Shown in pieces: positions 1 to 9,670 of a stretch of 64,000 bases of DNA. Below the pieces are notes generated by a model. It did no database searches. It saw nothing but the letters and a program-made list of their open reading frames with translations, and was not told where the DNA came from. Position 1 is the first letter of the stretch. The number at the start of each line of letters is the position of its first letter. Both the position numbers and the translations under genes were made by a program. The DNA comes from an uncultured Clostridium sp. (lineage in GTDB: Bacteria > Bacillota > Clostridia > Christensenellales > CAG-138): the NCBI GenBank assembly GCA_964392455.1, contig CAYMPG010000003.1:802-64801 (forward strand). The letters are read 5' to 3'.

Positions 1-1
1 T

Positions 2-337
2 GAAGGAGATCAGCCCCGGGTGCGCCCCTTTGGCACGGCGCACATATTCGAGGGCAGGCTGTACATTCAGACGGGCAAAGTAAAGCCCGTATCAAAGCAG
101 CTTGCTGCAAACCCCAAGGCTGAGATATGCGCCTTTAAGGATGGCGCCTGGCTGCGCCTTTGCGGAGAGCTGGTGGAGGATGACCGCCCTGAAGCCCGCA
201 AGTCCATGCTGGATGCTTACCCTGAGCTGCGCGCCATGTATAATGAAAATGACGGCAATACTCAGGTGCTGTATTTCAAGCACGCCATTGCCACTTTTTC
301 CTCCTTTACCACCCCTGCGGAAACCATCGAATTCTAA
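2..337 (+). CDS. Pyridoxamine 5'-phosphate oxidase-like (FMN-binding split-barrel) family protein; 5' end cut by the window edge
   Basis: The frame is open from base 2. The translation '..GDQPRVRPFGTAHIFEGRLYIQTGKVKPVSKQLAANPKAEICAF..' matches the pattern I recall for small PNPOx-like proteins (QPRVRPFG..F.g.lYf.T...K.vykQL..NPkvEIca). Confidence 0.6.
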   Translation, partial: EGDQPRVRPFGTAHIFEGRLYIQTGKVKPVSKQLAANPKAEICAFKDGAWLRLCGELVEDDRPEARKSMLDAYPELRAMYNENDGNTQVLYFKHAIATFSSFTTPAETIEF

Positions 338-451
338 TATGATCACCTTAAAGCCCTCCCATTGTCCGGGAGGGCTTTGTACCATTACAGCCTGCGGGCT
401 ATTATCATGCGGCACATTCTAATAATACTGCCGCCGCAATGGAGACAAGCT

Positions 452-1225
452 ATGACACAGGAAGAAAGACGCATATACCTTATAAAGGCGCTGCTCAGCG
501 AAAAGCCCGAGTACCGCAAAACAGAGCTGCCCTCCCATGAAAGCGGACAAAGGCAGCTCCTCCGCTCCCTTATGAACCTCCGGGAGGCGGCTCCCCTCTC
601 ACCTGAGCTAATCCGCATACAGGATGCATACCTTCAGGAGGATATACGCTCCATCGGCATCACGGCGCTGGATGACCTTGCACCTATGGCCGATGGGCTG
701 TACCTGTGGCAGGGAGATATAACCACGCTGAAATGCGATGCCATCGTAAACGCCGCCAACAGCGGCATGACCGGCTGCTATCTGCCCTGCCATAACTGCA
801 TAGACAACTGCATCCATACCTATGCCGGCATGCAGCTAAGGCTTGCCTGCGCCGAGCTTATGGAGCGGCAGGGCCATGAGGAGCCTACCGGCACAGCAAA
901 GCTCACCCCGGCATACAATCTGCCCTGCCGTTACGTGCTCCACACGGTAGGCCCCATAGTTGACAGTCAGGTGACCCCACAGGACGAGGCGCTGCTGGCC
1001 TCCTGCTACCGCTCCTGCATGGAGCTTGCCGTAGAAAACGGCCTTAAGAGCGTTGCCTTCTGCTGTATTTCCACAGGCGTATTCTGCTTTCCAAACCACA
1101 GAGCAGCAGAGATAGCCATAGCAACCGTAAGACAATTCCTTAAGGATACCGGCAGCGACATAAAGGTCATTTTTAATGTGTTCAAGGATGAGGACTATGA
1201 CATCTATCGTAGCCTGCTCTCATGA
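452..1225 (+). CDS. Macrodomain protein-ADP-ribose hydrolase (SirTM-associated type)
   Basis: The core 'WQGDITTLKCDAIVNAANSGMTGC..CIDNCIHTYAGMQLRLAC..YVLHTVGP..VAFCCISTGVFCFP' is a macrodomain. It closely resembles the Staphylococcus/Streptococcus sirtuin-linked macrodomain proteins. ATG at 452 is preceded by GGAG. The long ORF start at 362 lacks an RBS. Confidence 0.85.
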   Translation: MTQEERRIYLIKALLSEKPEYRKTELPSHESGQRQLLRSLMNLREAAPLSPELIRIQDAYLQEDIRSIGITALDDLAPMADGLYLWQGDITTLKCDAIVNAANSGMTGCYLPCHNCIDNCIHTYAGMQLRLACAELMERQGHEEPTGTAKLTPAYNLPCRYVLHTVGPIVDSQVTPQDEALLASCYRSCMELAVENGLKSVAFCCISTGVFCFPNHRAAEIAIATVRQFLKDTGSDIKVIFNVFKDEDYDIYRSLLS

Positions 1226-2069
1226 GCTTGCCCGCCTTCGCCATGAGCTTGACACGGCTGATGCCATAGTCATAGGCGCCGGGGCCGGGCTCTCCGCATC
1301 GGCCGGATTAAGCTACAGCGGCCAGCGCTTTATGCAGTATTTTTCGGATTTTTATCAGAAATACGGCATTACCGATATGTATTCAGGGGGCTTTTATCCC
1401 TTTGACACCAACGAGGAATACTGGGCCTGGTGGAGCAGGCATATTTACTGCAATCGATATATGGCTGCCCCCGGTGCCGCCTACCGTGACCTGCTGGCGC
1501 TTGTGCAGGATAAAAACTACTTTGCGCTGACCACCAATGTGGATCATCAATTTCAGCTGGCCGGCTTTAATAAGAAGCGCCTGTTTTACACCCAGGGGGA
1601 CTATGGCCTTTGGCAATGCAGCAAGCCCTGCCATCAGGCCACATATGACAATGAAGCCCAGGTGCGCCGTATGCTGGAGCTTCAAAAGGATATGAAGATT
1701 CCCCATGAGCTTATCCCCCGCTGCCCCAAATGCGGCCGCCCAATGACCATGAACCTCAGGAGCGATGACACCTTTGTGCAGGATGAGGGTTGGTACGCTG
1801 CGGCGGAAAGATACAGGCAGTTTCTTTCGGATAATAGCGGCAGGCATATTCTGTTTATGGAGCTGGGCGTAGGAGGCAATACCCCGGTTATAATCAAATA
1901 TCCCTTCCTGCGAATGACCCTTCACAATGACCGTGCTGTCTATGCCTGTATAAACCTTGGGGAGGCCATGACCCTTCCTGAGCTCAGCAGCAGATCCATA
2001 CTGATAGATGGGGATATAAGCGAAGCACTTGATGCGCTGCTTTCCATAGGCTGCCCCGCTAAGCCCTGA
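1197..2069 (+). CDS. SIR2-family protein, macrodomain-linked (SirTM-like) sirtuin
   Basis: It has 'IVIGAGAGLSASAGLSYSG', 'TTNVDHQF' and a CPKCG zinc-ribbon element. It overlaps the end of the macrodomain gene, which suggests translational coupling. The start codon is uncertain (1176 or 1197). Confidence 0.8.
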   Translation: MTSIVACSHELARLRHELDTADAIVIGAGAGLSASAGLSYSGQRFMQYFSDFYQKYGITDMYSGGFYPFDTNEEYWAWWSRHIYCNRYMAAPGAAYRDLLALVQDKNYFALTTNVDHQFQLAGFNKKRLFYTQGDYGLWQCSKPCHQATYDNEAQVRRMLELQKDMKIPHELIPRCPKCGRPMTMNLRSDDTFVQDEGWYAAAERYRQFLSDNSGRHILFMELGVGGNTPVIIKYPFLRMTLHNDRAVYACINLGEAMTLPELSSRSILIDGDISEALDALLSIGCPAKP

Positions 2070-2112
2070 TGTCGCACACAGTTATCCCTGCACGCCGCCT
2101 TATTTTTTCACT

Positions 2113-2157
2113 AAAAAACCGCAGCTACCTTTTTGGCAAACTGCGGTTATGTTTTTA
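2113..2157. terminator. Bidirectional rho-independent terminator between convergent genes
   Basis: Stem AACCGCAG (2117-2124) pairs with CTGCGGTT (2141-2148). An A-run lies upstream and a T-rich run downstream. Confidence 0.6.
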
Positions 2158-2175
2158 TTGTAGAAAAGTAATGTA

Positions 2176-2925
2176 CTATTTGCTAACGGCTGTGTTTTTC
2201 TTTGCCTTTTTAGCTATCTCCCAGGGCAGATACATTATCAGCCATACCACAGCAAGCATTGGGAATGCACCGAGTATGTACCACGGCCTGCCCCACATAC
2301 CCTCAAATATGGAAAGAGGATTGCCCACATCTGCCCAGTTAAGGAACATAAAGTTGCTATTGAGCAGCTTATTGAGGAAATACAGCGGTATTGCCAGCAG
2401 CACCACCGTCAGCAGGCACTTGGGCAGCAGCTTATAATTTGGCCTGTATCCTCCCGCAAGAAGGAGTATGGGATACAGCACTATGAGTATATGGGTAATG
2501 AAGCTCTGTATATGGTGGAAATTCCAGAAGGGCAGCATTGTCCAATTGCAGAACAGCAGCGCCATGAGAGCCCCTATGAAGGACAGGGAATACAGCAGCT
2601 CTGAATTGAGCCTGTTTGGCTTAAAGGCGTGCCATACGGAGAAGTATATGCTGAAGCTGCAAAGCTGAAGGGGCAGATAATTTGGCCGCCATACGCCTGT
2701 AGCCACGAGCACGGTCTGCTTGACTATTTCCGTACCAAGCATGGCAAGGGCAACTATCTTGAGGCAACGCCGCCTGGTGGCCTCATCCTGCTTTTTGTAC
2801 CAGAACCACATTATGACATATACGGCAACAGAGACTGCGAGCCATCCAAGATGCAGCGGGCCAAAAAGCTTAAAGCCCACGCCATCGGGTATGGTTTCCT
2901 TGGCATCGAAAAAGTATTGAAGCAT
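2176..2925 (-). CDS. Polytopic membrane protein, TIGR02206/YwaF-like family
   Basis: The 249-aa product is highly hydrophobic with multiple predicted TM helices. The N-terminus 'FF...F.LFGPLHLGWL' is typical of this family as I recall it. Confidence 0.55.
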   Translation of the reverse strand: MLQYFFDAKETIPDGVGFKLFGPLHLGWLAVSVAVYVIMWFWYKKQDEATRRRCLKIVALAMLGTEIVKQTVLVATGVWRPNYLPLQLCSFSIYFSVWHAFKPNRLNSELLYSLSFIGALMALLFCNWTMLPFWNFHHIQSFITHILIVLYPILLLAGGYRPNYKLLPKCLLTVVLLAIPLYFLNKLLNSNFMFLNWADVGNPLSIFEGMWGRPWYILGAFPMLAVVWLIMYLPWEIAKKAKKNTAVSK

Positions 2926-3010
2926 TCGTCAATTCCTCCGAATTTTCTCAGGAGATTTTACTATATTTTTGTCCTAATTAAAAGAGAAACTTCTTCCACT
3001 GCCATAAGCA

Positions 3011-4345
3011 TCAGTAATGATACTTTTTCCGTTTTATCACGAGGAATGTGGCAGAAAGCATCACTGCCATCACCTCTGCCGCCACTATGGATATCCATAC
3101 CCCCTGAATACCCCACATGATTGGCAGCAGAATTACTGCCGCCACCTGAAATACCAGCGTGCGTAGGAATGAGATTATCGCAGAGGTCACTCCGTCATTA
3201 AGGGCGGTGAAAAAGCCGGAAGCATATATGGCAAAGCCCATAAACAAAAACGATAGGGCAAACACTCTGAAGCCGGATACCGTAAGCTCAAGCAGCTCAG
3301 CATCATAGCCTACGAATATCTTTGAGAGGGGCGCCGCCATAAGCTCCGCCACCCCCGTCATGCACAGGCCGAATATGCCTATCATGGTAAGGCTTTTTCT
3401 CAGGAGGCTTTTCAGCTCGGCGTGATTCTCTGCGCCGAAATGGTAGCTGACTATGGGTGCAGTGCCTATGGAATAGCCTATGAATGCCCCTGAGAATATC
3501 ATGCTCACGTACATCATAACGCCATATGCTGCAATGCCGTTTTCCCCTGCATACTTTATGAGCTGAATATTATACAGCATACCCACCACGCTCATGGATA
3601 CATTGCTCATGAATTCAGATGAACCATTTGCACAGGCCTTCAGCACTGCCTTCGCGCTCCTGGCCGCCCTGCCAAGGCGCAGTATGCTGTCATTTTCGCT
3701 GAAGAAATAATACAGCGGCAAAATTCCACCGACTGCCTGGCTCATTGCCGTAGCCACCGCAGCGCCCGCCAGCTTATGCTCCTGGGGCAGCAGCAGCACC
3801 AGCACGGCATCCAGTATCATATTTGTCACTCCGGACAGCACCGTGATGGACAGGCCCAGCTTTGGCCGCTCCGCCGTTATCAGGAAGCTCTGAAACATTA
3901 GCTGAAGCACGTAAAAGGGCAGCGCTGCAAGGTTGATGCGGGCATATATCACGCAGTTTTCCAGCAGCTCCCCATCTGCGCCAAGCAAAGCGGATATGGG
4001 CCGAATGAATACTATGCCCAGCACTGCAAACACTACGCCCAGTATAAATGCCACATATACAAACAGCGAAAAATACTCATTCGCCTTTTCGTTATCTCCC
4101 TCGCCCAGCGTCTTTGCTACGATTGCAGAGCCGCCGGTGCCAAACATGAAGCCCACAGTGGCCACTATCATCAGGAAGGGCATAATGAGGTTTACCGCCG
4201 CAAATGGTGTCTTCCCTGCAAAATTTGACACAAAGAAACCATCCACCACGCCGTAGATGGATGTAAATATCATCATGGCGATGGAAGGCAGTGTAAAGCG
4301 TATGAGCCGCCTGTAGGTAAAGTGATCAGAAAGCTGTATCCTCAT
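3011..4345 (-). CDS. MATE family efflux transporter
   Basis: About 12 TM segments, with 'LIRFTLPSIAMMIFTSIYGVVDGFFVSNFAGKTPFAAVNLIMP' typical of MATE/NorM. ATG at 4345 is preceded by GGGAG at 8 nt spacing. Confidence 0.85.
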   Translation of the reverse strand: MRIQLSDHFTYRRLIRFTLPSIAMMIFTSIYGVVDGFFVSNFAGKTPFAAVNLIMPFLMIVATVGFMFGTGGSAIVAKTLGEGDNEKANEYFSLFVYVAFILGVVFAVLGIVFIRPISALLGADGELLENCVIYARINLAALPFYVLQLMFQSFLITAERPKLGLSITVLSGVTNMILDAVLVLLLPQEHKLAGAAVATAMSQAVGGILPLYYFFSENDSILRLGRAARSAKAVLKACANGSSEFMSNVSMSVVGMLYNIQLIKYAGENGIAAYGVMMYVSMIFSGAFIGYSIGTAPIVSYHFGAENHAELKSLLRKSLTMIGIFGLCMTGVAELMAAPLSKIFVGYDAELLELTVSGFRVFALSFLFMGFAIYASGFFTALNDGVTSAIISFLRTLVFQVAAVILLPIMWGIQGVWISIVAAEVMAVMLSATFLVIKRKKYHY

Positions 4346-4734
4346 GGGTATTCTCCCTATTATCATAGTAAGCATCCTGTGACGCACGCCGCCTATTATA
4401 CATCATAAAAGCGGATATGTATAATACTTTTTCCCATGCTGAGGCCCAGCTTCAGGCTGCCACCATCCGCAGTACAGTTTCTCACTAAATACACAATACC
4501 CTGCACACGGTATTGCGCCGGCTGCAGGATATTATGCTATCTATCCGTACTTACGTTACAGCTCCTCTATATATGCCATGCCGGGCATGGTTCTGAGGGC
4601 CCGTATTATTTCGTTGTGGGTCACCTCGCGGGATTTAAGCGTCACACTGGAGGCGACCACGCCGGGATTATATGCATCCTTTGCCTGCATTTAAAAGCTG
4701 CTGGCAGCTTCTGTACACAGGATTTCTTTTTCAC

Positions 4735-4780
4735 ATAAAAAAGCTGACCTCCCATAAGAGAGCGTCAGCTTATTTTTTTG
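4735..4780. terminator. Bidirectional rho-independent terminator downstream of the SDR gene
   Basis: Stem AAGCTGAC (4741-4748) pairs with GTCAGCTT (4764-4771), flanked by an A-run and a T-run. Confidence 0.65.
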
Positions 4781-4788
4781 CGGCAGGC

Positions 4789-5553
4789 CTACTTTTTGCC
4801 CTGCTGCCTGCACCATATGTTCATTATCCACTCCACAGGCAGCAGCTTTACCATGCGTACCTGCATACGCACAGGGAAGCCCAGTATGGATACCTTCTTT
4901 CTCTTTTTAAAATCCTTCATGGCCTTGTCTATTACCTCTCTGGCAGTATACCAGCGGTCATAATAGCTGATGGTATTATCATGCACGGCCCTGTCCATAA
5001 ACTCGGTCTTTATCCATCCGGGGCAAACGCACATTACGAATATGCCCCTTTCCTTCAGCTCCCTGCCTATGGCACGGCTGAAGCTCAATACATACGCCTT
5101 GCTGGCACCGTATACCGAAAGATACGGCACAGGCTGCCAGCTTGAATTTGAGCCCATATTGATTATGGAATCTCCCTTTTGCATATATGGCAGGCTCATC
5201 AGGCACATGGCAGTCAGGGCCTTGTCATTAAGGTCGATTATGCCGAGCTGGTTTTCCAGCTCCATATTTTCAAATGTACCAAAAAGGCCGTATCCGGCAG
5301 CGTTTATCAGCATATGTATCTGGGGCTGCTCTGCCTCAAGAAGCTCTCTGTACATTGCAAAGCTCCCGCCGTCGGTAAGATCCATTGATATGGGGCGCAC
5401 AGGAGTTTTGCACTGCGCCTTCAGCTCCTCCAGCCGCTCCTTTCGCCGGGCTATTACCCATATTTCATCCAGCTCAAATTCCCTGTCCACGGCGTATACG
5501 AATTCCCTGCCCATGCCGGAGGATGCCCCGGTGATAACGGCTATCTTTTTCAT
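4789..5553 (-). CDS. Short-chain dehydrogenase/reductase (SDR) family oxidoreductase
   Basis: 'KKIAVITGASSGMGREF' (TGxxxGxG) and 'YGASKAYV' (YxxxK) are present. Confidence 0.9.
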   Translation of the reverse strand: MKKIAVITGASSGMGREFVYAVDREFELDEIWVIARRKERLEELKAQCKTPVRPISMDLTDGGSFAMYRELLEAEQPQIHMLINAAGYGLFGTFENMELENQLGIIDLNDKALTAMCLMSLPYMQKGDSIINMGSNSSWQPVPYLSVYGASKAYVLSFSRAIGRELKERGIFVMCVCPGWIKTEFMDRAVHDNTISYYDRWYTAREVIDKAMKDFKKRKKVSILGFPVRMQVRMVKLLPVEWIMNIWCRQQGKK

Positions 5554-5674
5554 ATGCAATATTCTCCCCTTCTATTGATGCTACAGTAAGATATTATCCC
5601 TTTGCCGAAAATAAATCAACACAATATGCATCAGGGCCGCCTTATACGTGGCAGCCCTGTGGATATTTCGTCAG

Positions 5675-6370
5675 CTATTTCAGCTCCATGCTGTCTCCGC
5701 AGCGTCTTCGTAGCGCATCCATCCTCACATCCAGCGCAGCGCTCATCTCAGCACAGGCAAGCAGCTCCTGCTCCATATCCTCAGTAAATGATACATCCTT
5801 CTTATAATGCATCTGATGCTCCAGGCTTGCCCAGAAATCCATGGCGATCGTTCTTAGCTGCACCTCCACCTTCATCTCCCGCCGCTCGCTTGCAAGGAAT
5901 ATGGGAATTGCCACTATGAGATGAAGGCTGCGGTAGCCATTTGCCTTTGGCGAAGCTATGTAGTCCTTTTTGCGAATGAGCTGTATATCATCCTGCCTCA
6001 AAAACGCCTCTGACAGCGTATACACATCCTGAGGAAATGCACATATTACCCGCACGCCCGCTATGTCGTTTATCTCCCGCTCCAACGTTTCCAGCTTGAG
6101 GGGCAGGTCACGGCTCTGCATTTTTTCGATTATGCTGGGCACCCGCTTGAGCCTTGACTTTATGCTGCTAATGGGATTACGGTCGTGTATGAGGGCATAT
6201 TCCTCATTGAGCACGTTAAACTTTGTTTCTATTTCCATCATGGCGCACTTATAGTAGCACATCAGCCTGAGGAATTCCTTTGACTTTTCCTCAAGCCAGC
6301 CAAATGTACCATTTTCCTGCGCCGCCGCAAGCTGCCCCATTATGCTCTGGTTATCCCATTCATATTGCAT
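5675..6370 (-). CDS. Small alarmone synthetase (RelP/RelQ-type GTP pyrophosphokinase)
   Basis: 'IAGVRVICAF..', 'GYRSLHLIV' and 'VEVQLRTIAMDFWASLEHQMHYK' are RelA/SpoT synthetase-domain motifs. At 231 aa it has no hydrolase domain. AAGGAG lies 6 nt before the ATG. Confidence 0.9.
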   Translation of the reverse strand: MQYEWDNQSIMGQLAAAQENGTFGWLEEKSKEFLRLMCYYKCAMMEIETKFNVLNEEYALIHDRNPISSIKSRLKRVPSIIEKMQSRDLPLKLETLEREINDIAGVRVICAFPQDVYTLSEAFLRQDDIQLIRKKDYIASPKANGYRSLHLIVAIPIFLASERREMKVEVQLRTIAMDFWASLEHQMHYKKDVSFTEDMEQELLACAEMSAALDVRMDALRRRCGDSMELK

Positions 6371-6523
6371 ATTGTTCTCCTTGGTATTTACAGTTTCATC
6401 TATATGATAAGCGGCAAATATAAAGCCAGTATGAACATCAGTGCAACTTTCTGTTGCAAAAGGGCGTGGTCAGCATATGATGATCACGCCCTTTATATTA
6501 TGGTATTTCAGGCAAATATGCGG

Positions 6524-8311
6524 CTATGCCTGCTGCTCCGCCTCACCGGTATCCAGCCTGTCCAGAGCATCGCAGTATTTTTTTACATTGGCTGCAAGGC
6601 GTATGCTGTACTCCTCGCTGTTGACCTGCTTGAAGGTGCGAAGGTATTTATGGGATTCCATCTGCCCGGCGTATGCTTCAAGCACAGCCACGGCAAGGTT
6701 TGAGCAGTGGTCAGCAGTACGCTCAAAGTTATGCACGCAGTCATTAAGTATAAAGCCCAGCTCCAGAGTACACTTTCCCGACTGAAGGCGCTGAATGTGC
6801 CGCTCCTTTATCTTATCGGTAAGGGCATCTATTACCTCCTCAAGGGGCTCCACCATGCCGGCACGCTCTATATCGTTTTCAATTACGGCCTGCTGGGTGA
6901 TATCCAGTATTTCACGAACGGCATCGGCGCAAATGGTCAGCTCCTTCACTGCCTGGTCTGAGAAGAATATCTTCTTTTCATCAAGCTCCTGTGCAAGCTC
7001 GGAAAGGTTCACCGCATGGTCAGATATGCGCTCCAGGTTGCTGAGGCTGCTGAGATAGCGGGCGGCTATACGGGTCTCCTCCACGGTAAGCTCCTGTGCA
7101 TTAAGCTGCACAAGGTATTCGCCCAGCTCGTCCTCGTAGCGGTCTACCTTTTCCTCGCGGCGCTGCACCTTCTGGAAGCCCTCCGGGCTGTAATCTCCGA
7201 TAAGCTCTATGGACTTTCTCAGGTTTTTGAACGAAGTCTCGGTCATCATCCTGAGGGTCTGGCGGCACTGCTCCAGGGCAAGGGAGGGATAGCTTAGGAA
7301 GCGCTCATCCAGCAGATTATCCTCAGCCTCCAGATCCTCATCGCCTGCCCGCTCTTTGACGATGGAGCAAACCAGCCTTTCAATGCTGCCCGCGAAGGGT
7401 ATGAGCAGTATAGTGGCAGCCACCTTGTATACAGTATTGAATACCGCTATGCCCATGCTGCTTGCAGCAGTGGACATAAAGCTGAACTTTACAAATGCGT
7501 TTATAATATAGAAAGGTATGAGCAGCACCACAGTGCCTATCACATTGAACAGCAGATATACCAGCGCGGTTCTCTTACCACCCACATTTGCCCCTATGGC
7601 AGAAATGAGCACCGGCACGCAGGCACCTATGCACATACCCAGCACCATGGGAATGGCTATCTCGTAGCTTATTACCCCCGTGACCGACAGGGCCTGCAAT
7701 ATACCTATGGAGGCTGAGCAGCTCTGCAGCACGGCAGTAACCACTATGCCCACGCCTATTGATACTATGGGATTTGATACGGCGGATATAAAGCCGAGAA
7801 ATGCCTCGCTCTCCTTAAGGGGGGCCATTGCGCCGCTCATGGACTGCATGCCGCTCATAAGCACAGACAGGGCAAGCAATATCATGCCCACATTGCGGGT
7901 GGTATTCTTTTTGCAGAAGAAATAAAGTATTATGCCGATAAATGCGATGAGCGCAAATATCGTGGCGGAGGAAAATGCAGCCTCCCCCTCTACCCCGGCC
8001 AGAACCAGTATCCAGCCGGTGGCGGTGGTGCCGATGTTAGCGCCCATGATAATGCCGATGGCATTTGTAAGCTTCATAAGGCCGGAGTTTACAAAGCCCA
8101 CCACCATCACAGTAGTGGCGGAGGAGGACTGTATCACAGCCGTGACAACCGTGCCCAGCAGTACGCCCCTGAGAGTGGTGGAGGTAAGCCTGCCAAGTAT
8201 TACCTCCAGCTTTTTCCCTGCTACCCTCTTAAGCCCCTCTCCCAGCAGGCTCATGCCAAACAGGAAAAAAGCCAGCCCGCCAAGCAGCGATATGGTATTT
8301 GCTATGTCCAT
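6524..8311 (-). CDS. Na/Pi cotransporter family protein with C-terminal PhoU-like domain
   Basis: The N-terminus 'LLGGLAFFLFGMSLLGEGLKRVAG', the motif 'VIQSSSATTVMVVGFV' and a duplicated membrane module point to this family. The helical cytoplasmic C-terminus is PhoU-like. The start at 8311 was chosen over the extended ORF start at 8395. Confidence 0.85.
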   Translation of the reverse strand: MDIANTISLLGGLAFFLFGMSLLGEGLKRVAGKKLEVILGRLTSTTLRGVLLGTVVTAVIQSSSATTVMVVGFVNSGLMKLTNAIGIIMGANIGTTATGWILVLAGVEGEAAFSSATIFALIAFIGIILYFFCKKNTTRNVGMILLALSVLMSGMQSMSGAMAPLKESEAFLGFISAVSNPIVSIGVGIVVTAVLQSCSASIGILQALSVTGVISYEIAIPMVLGMCIGACVPVLISAIGANVGGKRTALVYLLFNVIGTVVLLIPFYIINAFVKFSFMSTAASSMGIAVFNTVYKVAATILLIPFAGSIERLVCSIVKERAGDEDLEAEDNLLDERFLSYPSLALEQCRQTLRMMTETSFKNLRKSIELIGDYSPEGFQKVQRREEKVDRYEDELGEYLVQLNAQELTVEETRIAARYLSSLSNLERISDHAVNLSELAQELDEKKIFFSDQAVKELTICADAVREILDITQQAVIENDIERAGMVEPLEEVIDALTDKIKERHIQRLQSGKCTLELGFILNDCVHNFERTADHCSNLAVAVLEAYAGQMESHKYLRTFKQVNSEEYSIRLAANVKKYCDALDRLDTGEAEQQA

Positions 8312-8682
8312 GCCCAAAGTAATCCTTTCTCTGGCAAACCCCACATATGGTTTGCATATCCTGTCGAATTTTTGTATATATGGTAAGTATACCACCAGCC
8401 CGCCGTGAAATACAAGGCATTAAGGAAACACCGGCTCAATACAGTGTCATTATTGCCCAAAAAACTCTGCTCCCGGGCAAAGGCAGCAGCATTTTTTTGC
8501 ATGATTTTGGCGCAAAAATACGATATAATCTAATCGTAGCAAAGCTACCACGAGAGTGTATCTCGGCAGGTACTCCGGCGGCAGCCGCCGTATCAACAGC
8601 CTCATGTTTGGTTCGAGCATCTCTCTGCATTATGGGTCGCATATTTCTGCCGTAATGTATCAGACCAAAAGGAGGTGTTACC

Positions 8683-8931
8683 GTGAAGCGTGTTAAAGCT
8701 GCATGCATTTTTCAAACGCTGGTTTTCTCCCAGAAGCCTGAAATGGGCTACAGCAGGGAGCGTGCGCTGGAAATAAACCGTGCCGACATAGAGCATTATA
8801 AGGCCACTCTGGATCGTACCAGAACCAGATACCAGATCACCGATACCGCTGAGCAGGAAGATGGCTCTATCCTTCTCCGGGTGAGAAAGCAGTATAATGA
8901 CAAGGCCGATGTTTCCGAATATTTTGAGTAA
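8683..8931 (+). CDS. Small conserved hypothetical protein (82 aa)
   Basis: A GTG start lies 7 nt after AAGGAGG. The gene sits directly upstream of veg. I do not recognise a function. Confidence 0.55.
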   Translation: MKRVKAACIFQTLVFSQKPEMGYSRERALEINRADIEHYKATLDRTRTRYQITDTAEQEDGSILLRVRKQYNDKADVSEYFE

Positions 8932-8989
8932 CCCTGAAGCCGCCTGACCTTTCAGGCGGCTTTCGCTGTACGGCAGTAAGGAGGCCGCC

Positions 8990-9256
8990 ATGACTTCATT
9001 AGACAGCATAAAAAACAACATCAGGAGGCTGTATAATACCCATCCTGATATACACATAAACGTATCCCTTTCCAGCCCCAGAATAAGCCTTACGGATGAG
9101 CCGGTGGTCATAACAGGGGTGTACCCCCATGTTTTTCAGATAGAGGAGCAGGGTTCTTCCCTTCCCCGCAGACGCCATACCCTGCAATATACAGATGTCT
9201 TAACAAGGCGCATTACCATAGCCGAGCTTGATGACGCAGAGGCTGCACATAAATAG
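8990..9256 (+). CDS. veg: Veg family protein
   Basis: 'LDSIKNNIRRL..', 'VITGVYPHVFQIEE' and 'HTLQYTDVLTRRITI' parallel B. subtilis Veg ('..ETYPSVFVIQLD..SYSYADILTETVEL'). AAGGAGG precedes the ATG. Confidence 0.8.
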   Translation: MTSLDSIKNNIRRLYNTHPDIHINVSLSSPRISLTDEPVVITGVYPHVFQIEEQGSSLPRRRHTLQYTDVLTRRITIAELDDAEAAHK

Positions 9257-9420
9257 CACCGCATTTCTGATAACGCCTGTGATAAAGATGATTCATATAA
9301 TGCCCTTCATTATAATATTGGGCCAGGCAATGATTATGTGCTTTGATGGAAAAAAGCAAGTATCAGTTCCCAATGCTGTTCAGCTATGCACAGAAATTGC
9401 TCAAACAGCAACAATTAAAG

Positions 9421-9460
9421 AATCCCACCCGGTTTTAAAATGGGTGGGATTCTTTTTTTA
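9421..9460 (+). terminator. Rho-independent terminator
   Basis: AATCCCACCC (9421-9430) pairs with GGGTGGGATT (9442-9451), followed by a T-run. Confidence 0.8.
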
Positions 9461-9670
9461 AAAAAGCAAACAGAGATATTTCTGCTCAGGATATGTTATT
9501 GTAGAAAACGAATGGAATTTCGTTCAGAATCGGGTAAAAGCACATTTAAATAAGTGTGATACATGAGTCGATTCCTGTTCTTGGAAAACATTACACAACT
9601 AAACGCTATAAATAATCCTAATAATATCCAGGGCAAAGCCAAAAGAACTCAACCATTTCCCATATTACGC

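Noticed and set aside
4436-4738. The ORF 4436..4738 (+), and a hand-found 44-aa minus-strand ORF at 4556..4690 ('MQAKDAYNPGVVASSVTLKSREVTHNEIIRALRTMPGMAYIEEL').
   Set aside because: The plus-strand ORF has no RBS and Cys/His-rich nonsense composition. The 44-aa ORF lacks a convincing Shine-Dalgarno and I recognise no family. It might be real, but I cannot support it.
362-8395. Extended N-termini offered by the ORF track for several genes: 362 for the macrodomain gene, 4387 for MATE, 8395 for Na/Pi, 14127 for the binding protein, 14645 and 15165 for the surface proteins, 16616 for cbiD, 25639 for cobC, 56108 for SIS-HAD, 60178 for the phosphorylase, 62228 for the permease and 63650 for the binding protein.
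   Set aside because: In each case an internal start has a proper RBS and gives the expected family N-terminus or signal peptide. The extension overlaps an upstream gene, a terminator or a riboswitch.
8396-8682. A possible riboswitch or leader upstream of the 82-aa ORF and veg.
   Set aside because: The roughly 290-bp region has some GC-rich pairing potential. I could not match it to any riboswitch class I know, so it is left unannotated.
9228-9461. The 77-aa ORF downstream of veg.
   Set aside because: It has no RBS, and its 3' end is the terminator hairpin itself ('HPVLKWVGFFF'). It is most likely untranslated 3' UTR.
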